The notes below the pieces were generated by a model that ran no database searches, was not told where the DNA came from, and saw only the letters and a list, made by a program, of their open reading frames with translations. 64,000 bases of DNA, from positions 868,001-932,000 of the forward strand of contig NW_025765292.1 of the NCBI RefSeq assembly GCF_003918875.1, written 5' to 3'. Of the stretch, positions 53,201 to 64,000 are shown one piece after another (position 1 is the first letter of the stretch; each line of letters starts with the position of its first letter). A program made the translations under genes and the position numbers. The DNA comes from Haliotis rubra (Eukaryota).

Positions 53201-56200
53201 ATACTTGACAAGGGGTGGTTTTCAGTCACTTCTTCTTGCCAATTCCGGACTGTTTCCAGTTAATGCATATGGGAACACACACACACACGCACGCACGCAC
53301 GCACGCACGCACACCACCACTGCCCTTTTAACCTGACGATCGCGAGTATTGTGTGGGGTTCAACAAGGTATTCATATCGTCTCTGTTACCAGAAGTTACA
53401 TGCTGACGATGTCCAGGTATATGGAGGTGGGGAAACCACAGAAGATCTGCATGACACTGTACAACCAAACTCTTGTAGATGTGTACTACACAATGCAGTC
53501 CGGCAACAAAAGATACTTCTTCCAGATACAGAAGTACAGGAAAGGTGAGAGATTTCCAATCAGTCTTCCTATGTGATAATGGAATACAATCTAACAGATT
53601 GCTCAAGGGTTACCCGGTACAGCGCCGCAGTGAATATGTGACGCAGCTTAAAGGCACGGGTTTGCTCACATGTAGTCACAGTACTGCCAACCAATCCGGT
53701 GATTGTGACCACCCGATCCACATTCTGCTGGAATCCCCAGAAATTGAACTTGTCAAAATCAAGTCTAACGATGAGTCTAATAGTATCACATGGCACCAAT
53801 TCATCGCTAATGGCCCTGCTGTGTCAGTTTAACCTGTATCAGTTTAACACTGCATGTCCCCCTGACTCGGCCGAGCTGTGACAGGTGATGCGGCTGTGTG
53901 GAATGTGGATCGGTTGGTCGAGGCTCACAGAATCACAGTTTCATCCGATTATGATCCTTGGGTGGTTAACATAATTCCAATGCAGATCGGTTTCCGAAAA
54001 TGACCTGTATCACCTTGGAATGTCATCCACATAATTCTGACATTTGATATAATTGCAGTGATGTTCTAATGCAACATCAAGACTAAGCGCTCTCTCTGTT
54101 ACGCAGGCAAAGGCGGCTGTATCGACGTTACAGTACCCGCCTACGCAGCTGGAACTCGCAACAGGCTGTCAATAAGTATTGTCGAGCCTACAGGGAAGTT
54201 TATAGACAGGTCCCACGACTTCGTACCGAGTTCTCCCCTACGAGTCACCTACATACATTCGGACAAACCAATCTACAAGCCTGGTCAGCTTGGTAAGGAA
54301 GAACCAGGGTCAGCGAGGTTCATTTGTATTGATGACATCACCCTTACGTAGATACGCTTATGCTATGGGTCATCGCCCTGCTTCCAACAGTCCATCAGTA
54401 TCGTTGTCCGTTATTATGAATCTTTTCTGAACAACATTATTACTAAAATACAATCTTACAGGTCGTATAAACACAATAAAATAAACATTTTATTTTTAGT
54501 GGAAAAGCATTCACTGAACGAATCTCTTCTTCTGCAAAAGCGTTGAACATTTACTTTCAAAACATTGAATGAGGTTAAAACTTTCCTTCTTGAGGGTCTA
54601 TACTTTGACAAAGACCAAAACTACTGAAAATAATATGTGATATTGGAGTGCTGGAATTCACTACTTGGTAAAGGGACCTTTTATTGATGCATGTTAAAGG
54701 GGTATTTAAGGGGGTTGTTGTCTAGTATGGTTTTCCCACAAATGAACTGGCTTGGAAGAGTGTCTGTACCTCTGTACGTAAACTTGCGTTGTTGGAGACG
54801 ATGGCAAAGACACATTGGACTTTATGGCAGTGATAATCTGTCCCGCTCCCAGACACCATGTTTAGGTGTTTCAGAGGGAATGTTTCATAGATATGATCTG
54901 TATCAAAGGGATTAGACTGCGAATGTATACTTTAACTTATATACAGACTTAGCTGACATATGTCATCGTGTCCTAATTGTGTAGAGCGATGCTCACGGTG
55001 TCAATCATCGTATTGTCTTGTCCAGACTCGATTATTTACCCACCACGGTCATATAGCTGGAATATTGCTGAGTGTCTCGTTAAACAAACGCACATAAATA
55101 AACAACCCTGATTTGTCTTTTGCAGTGCGATTTCGGATCATGACAGTCGACTCTGATTTGATGCCTGACTTGGGCAAGGTAGGTGTCCCAGCTACGCACG
55201 CGCGTGCGTGTGTGTGTATGTGTGAGTATGTCGTTAGCTCATGTAGAATGCACACATGCACATATATTAATCGTTTCAGGTCATTCTCCCTACCTGGTAT
55301 TGTAGCAGTTTCATGTGTTTTGCAGATTTCTCTCGTTCGTGTAATAACACCTACCGACGTCATCATGAAGCAATGGCGAGATATTGACAACGACAAGGGT
55401 ATGTTCTGTCACATTACGGGAACTGCACTGGTTACGTATTCCGATTATTAGTCTGCCTTTCATAACACTACAAACATGTGATGTTACGGTTCTGTTACGT
55501 CAGCCACCTGCCGTGTATATACCACTTCGATAGTGAAAGTGTTGTCCGGCTGATTTTAGGTCAATCGAACATTTTATCTATGTTTTGTGATACTTATGTG
55601 TAAAAATCAATATAGGTGCAATATGAATACCTTAACGAAAGTGTTTGTATTTGTTTGAAGTTTGACAAAGACATGAAATGTTTGTAAATGTCTCTCCTTT
55701 CCCCCAGGGATCGTGACACTAGAGTTCCAACTGGCGGCAGAGCCATTGCTTGGAGACTGGGTAATTTTGTGGAGACGGGCGGTTATCAGAGAAGAACCAC
55801 GTTTAAAGTAGCCGAATACGGTAATTCCTGATTGTTAAATTATATAAATGTTCCGCGAATATTCGGTCAACTGAGGATACTGAAGAGTTTGGAGTGAGTG
55901 AGTTAGTTTCTGTTTACGTCGCTTTTGGCAATATTCCAGCAATATCACGGCTGGGGACACCAGAAATGGGCTTCACATATTGTATCCATGTGGGGAATCG
56001 AACCCGGGTCTTCGGCGTGACGAACGAACGCTTTAACCACTGGACCCACCCCACCGAGTCTGGGTGTTGCGATGGGTTTGGGTGCGTGTGTAGGTTTGTG
56101 GTTGAGGGTGTAGCTTAGACAGCGGCGGCCTTACCATGTGTTTGTTTTATGTGTTTATTCTGACAGTGTTACCCAAGTTTTTGATGACGCTGTCTCCACC

Positions 56201-59200
56201 AAAGCGGGTTGACGACAAGACGGAGGCCATAAAGGGTGAAGTCTGTTGCAAGTGAGTCTGATATACATATTGCAAGGTGAAACACATTAACACTATCCTG
56301 CGGAACGATCTATTAAGATCCTTAGCAAGAAATATAAACATTGTAACACAAAGATAAAAATATACCTTGGTATAAATGGCAGATTGGGTCTTAGCTATAT
56401 CTCGCTGCGTTATAACATAGGCGGATCCAGAGGGGGGGTTCCTGATAGTTTGTCCTGAAAGTTTGTTAAATGACCATTGAAACTCTCGTGAAAATGGGTA
56501 AAAATCAACTGTGCACACACACGTCCTTTCTTAAAAGGAGTATCCGTCCCTGTAAGAGGCTTGGGATGTGACGGAAACATCGCGTATACCAGTTTGAGTC
56601 AGTACCTGCTGGTTTCAGGTACACATATGGCCAGCCCGTGAAGGGCAAGGTCATGGTGGAAACGTGCGTCACGGAGCTCTATCAGACATACAAGACAAGC
56701 ACAAAGCCATGTGTCGTCATACATGGAGAGGTGAGCGTCCGATGTGTTTCAGTTACATGACCTACTTTTGATGACCTGTGAATAGAAAATATCAAGGAAA
56801 GTGGAGAAATACAATTTCACCAGGACAACTTTGAAACGCCGTTATCTACGCCGTGCCTGAATATCGGTGAATTAAAACATATTTACCTGCTCTTTTAGAC
56901 GAGGGGTACGTTCTCAGTGAACCCTATTGTTTGCTCAAATGTTATCCATAACTTCAATGAAACCGTATCTGGTCAAAATGTGGCGTTGTCCGGCTGGAGC
57001 TTTTTTTATATTTTGATCCACTCTCGGATCCCATAGTAAAGCAACTATTGAGAACAAGAAAGAAGCGACTGTGTTATACGTCACTGAGGATAGTCAGAAG
57101 TAGAAACGCCTAGAGTTATGTACCCCACTGTAGGTAGTCAGACACTGGAACTACTGGAGAGAACTCACAGTGCAATAGAAGTATTTGTTAAGCCTTTTTG
57201 AAATCACATAAAACATTGCTCTTATTTGATTGATAACAATCACCTTTTTCAGATGACTGGCTGCTTTTCCTATTCATTTGATGTCGCCATTTTAAGACCA
57301 CATTACCAGGATCGCTACAATTATCTCAAGATCAGCACTTTCGCCGCGGTTTTAGAAGAGGCAACAGGTAACACGAGCCAACACTCCAGCAGCCAGGCAC
57401 GCTCAGAAGCGTTTACAAGAGCTACAGCAAATTATGCTTGTTTTCTCTTTTAATGAAAGTTTCTATTCCTTTCGAGCAGACTAAATCTCTGAGGACACCA
57501 TATTAAGCATTAACAGGAATATCACATTATTCATGGCACAGCGCAGTATAGGCTCCCATTATCCCTTTAGAAGCCGAGAACCAAGTGCGTCGTCAATACG
57601 TGACTGTGTGGATCTAAGCTCATTATCTCAGCCTCTATTGTCTCTGATCCACTCTGGTACTGTGTCTGTATCAATCCTGCTTGAGAAACAACTATCATGC
57701 CTATCGGCAGAGGAATGTTTCAAGGTGACTCTGTCAGTCCTTTGCATCTCTGTTTGTCATCCTTTGAACTTGTTGATGATCGGAGAGGGAGGTTATCATC
57801 CAGGACGGCCTCAGCACAGACCGGAAGCCTGTCTTAGTCACGTCCTTTACACACATAACCTTGAACTTTGGAAAAACAGATTCTCTTGTCGAGTCCGTTT
57901 CCACTTAATTGAAATTTCTTTCGGGATCGGCAAATGCAACTTTCTTCATCTGAAATGTGGCAAGATGGAAGAGTGAAGATCAGTCAGTACATTTGGGAAA
58001 TTATTGACCATCTCGTGGAAGGTACTTAGTAATGAAGGTTGGAGACAAACTCCAGAACGCCCACGTAGAAGACCTTCTCTTGGCAGAATACAAAATTTAA
58101 TGTAGAAATTTTGAGTTCAGAGCTGAACGTTTGCAATAGTGTCAGAGCCACAAAGACGGATGCTGAACCCCTTCTCGTGGTGTTGCTGCTCGACCTGGCA
58201 GCGCTTCCTGGGAGAAGTCCCAGTCGTTCTCTTGCTTGCGTGTAAAGCCCTGTGACCCTAACTAGCTTCAGGGTCACCCGTACCCTCTTTGCATATACTG
58301 ATTTTAAGATGTAAACCATAATACTACTGACAGTATGGTCTAGACTGTGCGTCACTGACCTGATATAAAATATTCAGTACGTACCGTTTATGGCTTCAGT
58401 TTAACAAGTTTGTGTTTTTTGTGTCACTAGGCCTGATTGTAAACCAGACAAAAGAAGGGCCAACCATCACTACATTTACCATACAAGCTGACGTCAGTTC
58501 CTACACAAGGAAGTTCTTCAAGCCTCAACTGCCATTCGAATACAGGGTAAATATATACTATATCTGTACAACTAGTCATTTACTACATGTCGCGCACCAC
58601 TGTTATATCATCCCTGAATGAAGGCTGTATAATATTGTGTTCCATACAGTGAACCTCGTCATTCCGGACGTTCCATGTTAAAAAGTATGAAAAAGAATAT
58701 GTCCCATTTTGCCTCACTTCAAATTGTTGTCATGGAAGTATCATCAGACCTGTTTGGGCGTCACTGACTACGGACATGGTCGCAGACATAAATATTGCAA
58801 AAATGATAGAAAACTTTTCGAACATCAAGAGAAAAACATGGTATTAGGTTTACCTATGAGTGTATGATTTAGGTCCATGACTTTCAAAATCAGTAGCCCG
58901 GTAGCGTTACTGAAAACCTTAAAGAAATCCGCATTATAATAACTTGTATCAATCATTTTATCGTCATCTATTATTTAGTATTGTTATGAGATGGCGTGTT
59001 GATGTGCTTCAACGATCAATAATAAGGGCGGTTGGGAAGCCTAGTTGTGAATGTCTACCCTGTTATTGATACGTGCATTTATAATGCGCTAGATGAATGC
59101 TCAAAGCGCAGCACAAGCTGATTATTATTACCCCGGATAACCCAAGCTGCCTGTGAGGCGCAAGAAGGTTAAGTCACATGACTTATCCCATCGGGTACCC

Positions 59201-62200
59201 ATTTTCTGCTGAGTGAACAGAGGCAATTTTTAACAAACTCACTTGCCTAAGGTGAGACCACATGTACTACATGTGCTACAATGTGGGACAGGACTGAAGC
59301 CCCAGAAACTCAGAACTCCAGCTACCAAACATGGTCACCCATACAAGGAGTCTCCGTGCCCAACGTAGCTTAACTTCAAATTAGTTGAGCTCTATGCACA
59401 GGACCACACACCACCATTGTGGTGTGGATGTTTGCTAAATTCGACATAAGTTCAACTTACTCACTACTTAGGACAAACGTGTATTAATAATAATAATAAT
59501 AATAGGGGCATTTCTAACGCGCATATATCCATACTGAAGTATGCTCAAAGCGCTACATTATACAAAGAGTTAAGCAAAGTTGGAAAGACATCAGGAAAAG
59601 GTGAGTTTTCAGTTTTGATCGGAAGCTAGAGAAGTCACTGGTGTTCCGGAGAGAGAGGGGAAGATCAGTCCAGGCTGTTGAAGATGCGTAGGCGAATGAT
59701 CTGCTGCCGTAGAGCAGGAGCGCATCCAGACAGGCAGCGGTAGGTGAGGCAGAGGAGTTTAAAGCGGATCCGGTTCTCGATTGGAAGCCAATGAAGAGAT
59801 TGAAGAATGGGAGAGAGAGATGTGGTCAAACTTCTTCGATCTAGCCACGACACGTGCAGCAGCATTTTGGATTCGTTGAAGTCTCTGGATTTGTGTTTTG
59901 TTTGCACCGGCTAGGAGGGAGTTACAAGTCTCCTAGTCCAGGCTATAGTCAGGTATTGCCTAATGGAACTGATATTGCGTAGAGCTGCAAAACAGATCCT
60001 AGAGAGATGTGGTATGTGATCATCCAAAGAGAGGTCGGAGTCAAGGATGGCACCAAGATCTCTTACTTTCTGTGAGAATGGAATACTTTCTCCATCAAAA
60101 TCAAGAGCATTCAATGAGCACTGGGAGCAACGTTTTGCAGGGCCCAGTAGAATGCACTCTGTCTTTGAACTGTTCAATTTTAACATGTTGTCAAACATGT
60201 TATTAGTAATCTGTTGCTGAAGAACTGAGGCTTGTTTCATCTGAGGAGCATCTTGTATTTCACATGTCGCATATCAATGGGTAATTGGCGCATACAGCAT
60301 GTCCATCAAACCCTTCCATGTATCATGTATCGTCTCGTCATCCAGGCGTCTGTACTTGTGATCGTAGCAACTGCTTGAAATGTGGATTCGCCTCAGTTAA
60401 AGGTCACATGCAACCAAAAAATCAAACATAATTAAAACACAATTATCACTTATTCATGACATATAATATACATTGCTGGTTACGAAAAAAATATATAAAC
60501 AAAATTATAAGCGTACAATCGCAAATCGAAAGTGCAAAATTGTTTACTTCGGTTTACTTCCCTCGAAACGAAGCAGCCGGGATACCGAACCCAGTCAGAG
60601 CGGGTGGGTGTGCACTCAAGTGTAACGGCTGGTTCATTTGCAGATGCCTTCACGGCTAATTTTGTGTATATATATAGAGAGATGTTGGGCTTTGTAAATA
60701 CATGCTCATTTTTTTGTGTATAACATTTTGCAATCAACAGACATCATAACATGTCATGTGTTCAAGTATCACACCTGCCTGTCTGTGTAATTACATAATG
60801 TGACAGAGACCGAACTCGGGCCGTAAATCAATGCATTTTGTTTATGGTGTATAGCCTGATTGGTGTTAAGTTCAAATTGCATGTGGTCAGTGATAGCAGC
60901 TGTGTATTGAATATTGTCATTAGCAGACAGGCAGGCAGACACACAGGTGTCAATAAAACAAGACATTGAGTTTTGTCTGTGACAACGACATATCTATATC
61001 ACAGTTAGAAATTCTGTCAACGCTAAATAATGACATTGCTTTAAGTATCGAACTGAGAAAGTGTCTTGGTAAGAAGAACGTGTGGTGAAATAGACAAATG
61101 AAATTATATAAACAGTTAATTTACTGTCATAACATATAAAAAGCTCGCGCCTGTGAGATGTCAACAAAACATTAGAAAAATAGTTCACACCAAAGCCTTC
61201 ACCGAGTATTCACCCGACAACCCGCTTCCAAGCTGCGCGAACCTATTTACTTGCGCACGTGCTATGAGCGCAACCCAGCTGTTGAAACCCGTTTTCCCCA
61301 GAAAAGTCGGGGGAAAATTAGTGAAACGTTTCAACTCCGATTTCGCGCGTTTTTTTTCATCGCGTTATTTTTCAACTTTATAAGTTGAATTTGCATTTTT
61401 GACGATTTGTTTCGGTATGTCCATACCGAAAGGTATCAGAATCTGCAAACTTGTGTTTTACGTCGCATGTGACCTTTAAGTGTTGACGTAGTCAAACGAC
61501 GTTAATGTTACCGTTGCAGGCCCTCATCAGCAGCTCGGGCACCCCGGCGGCAGGACACATCATGACACTGACGTGTGCGGAGATTGGGTTTCATAAGAAG
61601 ATAGTCGCAGACAAAAAATGGCTTTGTTTCCTATTTCTTCCCTCGAATTGGCACAGAGAAACCGAAGATAAAATTTGTGGTTTGTTTACTGTTCAAGATC
61701 TCGTTCTACAAAGCGGTATATGGGCACATCTCTGCAGTGGCCCATACCATGTCAAACATAATACGAAGGCGCTAGCGCTTCCAGCAATACAGCCTGGCTA
61801 CACCACTGATGTAATAGTTGTAATATACCGACAGAATTATATCAAAGAATGCTGTTAAACATGAAAGATACAATATTGTTATGGATAGGTACGCAAGTCG
61901 TTTCGGGGTACAATCCAACTGTTTAACGAACTACCAGGTATGAACCTCGTACTGGCGTATTCTCTTCCAAATTTGGTCCTATTATACGCGGTGCACGATG
62001 GTGAAAGAAACTTAAGTCATCTACCCATTCATCTTCCAGCTAACAGAAGCTGACTCTACAACGCGGAATCCCGTCTCTTTTGAGGCAACTCAGTGGTTTT
62101 CCCCAAGTGACAGTTACATCGAAATTCAACCAATCAGCAGGACTATCTCGCCGGGTCTTCAACCAGTCGTATTGTATTTAACAAATCCACCGAAAACAGC

Positions 62201-63635
62201 TTTCCGCGTCATTACCCAGGTAACTATTGTTCAGTTTGTATCTAAAGATAATAATTTAGGATCCAGGGCCTCCTTTCACAAAGCACTAAGGTGATCGTAA
62301 GTCACTAAGGTAACCTTAGTGCAATGTTAAAGAATGGGAGTTAAAGTTAACCTTAGTAAAGGTTGCTTCCTGAAAGGAGCCCCTGTACGCTCGGGACGTC
62401 ATCTCCATTCCAGTCTCTCCACTCCAGGTGATGAGTAGAGGACGCATAATGCATCACAGCCAGGACAAGTACCGAGTGATGAAGCCAGCTGATGGTACTT
62501 ACAAGAGAAGCCAGCCATGGTGCCGGAACCTGAAATATTGTAAGAAATTCCAAAAAATTCAATATTGTGCAGGAAAACGCATATAGGCTTGGTAAAAGAA
62601 AATGTACAAGAAGGTGAGCATGTTTATTTAATGTACGTTATTCTTGCCTCACAGTATATGTAACGTTCCATGAGTTGGAATCAACTTTTGTTCAAAGGTT
62701 CATCTGACAAACGGTTTGCCCCCGATGTCCCCAGCATCAAAATCGAATTGAACGTGTCCTGCTCCATGGCCCCAGAAGCAACGTTGTTGGTATACCACAT
62801 CCGTCCTGATGGTGAAGTTGTAGCAGACACCGAGTCCTTCAAGGTGGAGCAGTGCTTCACCAACCCGGTAAGAGTTCCACCAGGTCTCCGTCCCATCCAA
62901 GCACTGCGACGGTGGCTGTGTCTATGTTGAAGTATGGATACGTCTATGTTTTAGTATGTGGGTTGCTGAAGGATGGAACCAGGCCCAAGGGCAAAACTGG
63001 TCATCGTCCTGTCTCTTCACAATCTTACGCACACGTGACTTGTCCTTGAAGCCATAGTAACTGTCCTCTTGTCCTTGAAGCCATAGTAACTGTCCTCTTG
63101 TCCTTGAAGCCATAGTAATTGTCCTCTAACCTCGGGTGACCTGAGTTCTGCACCTCAGTTTACCAGTTGTATCATGGCGACGTTGAATGCACGTGTCAGA
63201 CACACTATATTCTGAATATATAGTCAGTGACCCAACGACGACCAGTTGCCGATTCTGACCCAACATGTGTGGCATCTCGGGATACCGTAACAGATTCTCC
63301 TGAAATCGACTTTAAGGAACTGTGTCCTGTATTCCATCTTGCCAGAATCCCCAATGATAAGTATGGTTTTAAGATGGCTGCTTTAGGCTGATTTGTGAAG
63401 ATCAGAGTGATATTGGACTGAATATCCATGACCTAGAGCTGCTGTCTGTAGATGTGCGGATGTGTTGTGATGTGTATGTTTGCAGGTGAAGATGGCGTTC
63501 ACGCCGTCCAAGGAGTACCCCGGCTACCCGACCCAGCTGTCACTGTCTGCGGCCCCAGGCTCTCTCTGCATGGTGGGGGTCGTCGATCAGAGCGTCTACC
63601 TACTCGGCGGAAAGAACCAGATCACGCCGAAACAG
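50293..63635 (+). CDS. Alpha-2-macroglobulin-family thioester-containing protein, 5' part (15 exons; continues beyond the window)
   Basis: Exons: 50293-50357 (signal peptide MFGALLFIIATSVLPCQG), 53393-53544, 54107-54292 (SDKPIYKPGQ), 55126-55178, 55326-55398, 55708-55820, 56167-56251 (EY/VLPKF), 56619-56730 (YTYGQPVKG), 57253-57367, 58431-58546, 61520-61679, 62040-62219 (FSPSDSYIEI), 62428-62539 (VMSRG), 62655-62867 (RPDGEVVAD), 63486-63635 (SLC..GVVDQSVYLL). These are MG-domain motifs of A2M/TEP proteins. Three 1-nt frameshifts (~55766, ~61615, ~62690). The bait region and thioester lie outside the window. Confidence 0.92.
51185..51347 (+). mobile_element. SINE family A, young copy
   Basis: Intact A/B boxes, (TCAG)n tail and TCAAAAAGACGC TSD. 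Confidence 0.9.
51404..51562 (-). mobile_element. SINE family A, inverted relative to 51185-51347
   Basis: Reverse-complement copy, tail-to-tail, with a ~56-nt spacer. Confidence 0.88.
51640..52436. repeat. 41-bp minisatellite, ~19 units, in intron 1 of the A2M-like gene
   Basis: TATAAGGTGTCCAGGATGGCAGCCTGGTCACTGACATCGGG; each unit has a CCAGG-N7-CCTGG inverted repeat. Confidence 0.96.
55892..56056 (-). mobile_element. SINE family A
   Basis: Full-length antisense copy in A2M-like intron 6. Confidence 0.85.
59070..59410 (-). mobile_element. 5S rRNA-derived SINE (SINE3-like) with CORE-like body and L2-type tail
   Basis: Minus strand 59377-59333 reads GAAGTTAAGCTACGTTGGGCACGGAGACTCCTTGTATGGGTGACC, resembling the 5S internal control region. 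Tail GCGCTTTGAGCATTC...GCGCATTATAAAT. Confidence 0.65.
59484..60330 (-). mobile_element. Decayed L2/CR1-group LINE 3' fragment
   Basis: LKLNSSKTE, VRDLGAILDSDL and LHWLPIENRIRFKL, with a (TAT)n tail. Confidence 0.88.
60401..61475. mobile_element. Non-autonomous Kolobok-type DNA transposon
   Basis: TTAA|AGGTCACATGCAAC ... GTCGCATGTGACCT|TTAA. Confidence 0.85.
62263..62384. mobile_element. Short MITE, same family as 30596-30755
   Basis: TIRs CAGGGCCTCCTTTCA / TGAAAGGAGCCCTG. Confidence 0.8.
63040..63127. repeat. 29-bp tandem repeat x3
   Basis: TGTCCTTGAAGCCATAGTAACTGTCCTCT. Confidence 0.9.
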
Positions 63636-64000
63636 GTGCGTATTTAGTAGTGGTGGTCCGATTAATTGAAATAATCGAAAATTGGTCGCAATGACAAAAC
63701 GACCAAGCAATCGATCATGTTTCTCATAATCGAACACAAACAATTTTGGACCACTTGTTTGCAATAACAATATTTTTCAAAAGGTTGATTTTGTCTCGAC
63801 ATTGCAGAAGCACTACTAACTCGTTCCAAGTCATGATTAAGTATATCTTAACAACTCCAGGAAATGTATGTTCCTAACACACTAGTCATCCTTTAAACAT
63901 GTGAAATTTGCAAATGCATTTTGTGCAATTTGCGAAAAACCCAAGAGAACTACATGTTTTTCTTTATTTTTTGTGCATTAACAAACATAACCAGGAAAAT

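Noticed and set aside
57500-58330. ORFs 57533-57976 and 58026-58355
   Set aside because: Intronic, with no recognisable protein; possibly a very decayed retroelement, but not supportable.
59333-59377. 5S rRNA gene
   Set aside because: Only a short diverged segment embedded in a SINE-like element.
61889-61937. Possible extra A2M mini-exon (AG...CAG|GTATGA)
   Set aside because: Phase-incompatible; the exons at 61520-61679 and 62040 already join in phase 0, and the acceptor lacks a pyrimidine tract.
55708-62867. Three frameshifts in the A2M-like gene
   Set aside because: Single-base shifts, two clearly in T or A runs and the third (~62690) not precisely placed, with conserved sequence on both sides. 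Treated as assembly errors, although pseudogenisation cannot be excluded without reads.

Overview
Eukaryotic, AT-rich, intron-rich and repeat-rich genomic DNA. It is not prokaryotic, so there are no CRISPR arrays or operons. The SINE repertoire suggests a gastropod mollusc, possibly abalone (inference). Four spliced genes were rebuilt by hand: (1) an uncharacterised 4-exon, ~415-aa acidic/basic low-complexity protein (minus, 5262-10194); (2) threonyl-tRNA synthetase (minus, 20 exons, 15750-27245); (3) ALDH7A1/antiquitin, head-to-head with it (plus, 31345-45833); (4) the 5' part of an alpha-2-macroglobulin-family thioester protein (plus, from 50293, running off the window). Introns and spacers hold Tc1/mariner, Kolobok-type, MITE, L2/CR1-like, Penelope-like and several SINE elements, plus five minisatellites. 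Main observations: (a) a ~2.9-kb array in an ALDH7A1 intron is an amplification of the exon's own 3' end plus 5' splice site, giving roughly 90 AAG|GTAGGT donors; the single stop-free copy has a dead donor and all intact ones lie behind an in-frame TGA; (b) the ~60-codon segment carrying the ALDH7A1 catalytic Cys is absent, with a 22-bp satellite in its place, which is either an in-frame loss or an assembly collapse; (c) SINEs with (TCAC)n-type tails are all sense-oriented in the two housekeeping genes and some abut 3' splice sites; (d) unusual tiny transposons, including a 32-bp TIR insertion and a telomere-repeat MITE with sub-terminal IRs. Five single-base frameshifts in otherwise intact genes, four clearly in homopolymers, point to an error-prone assembly, so base-level claims need read confirmation.
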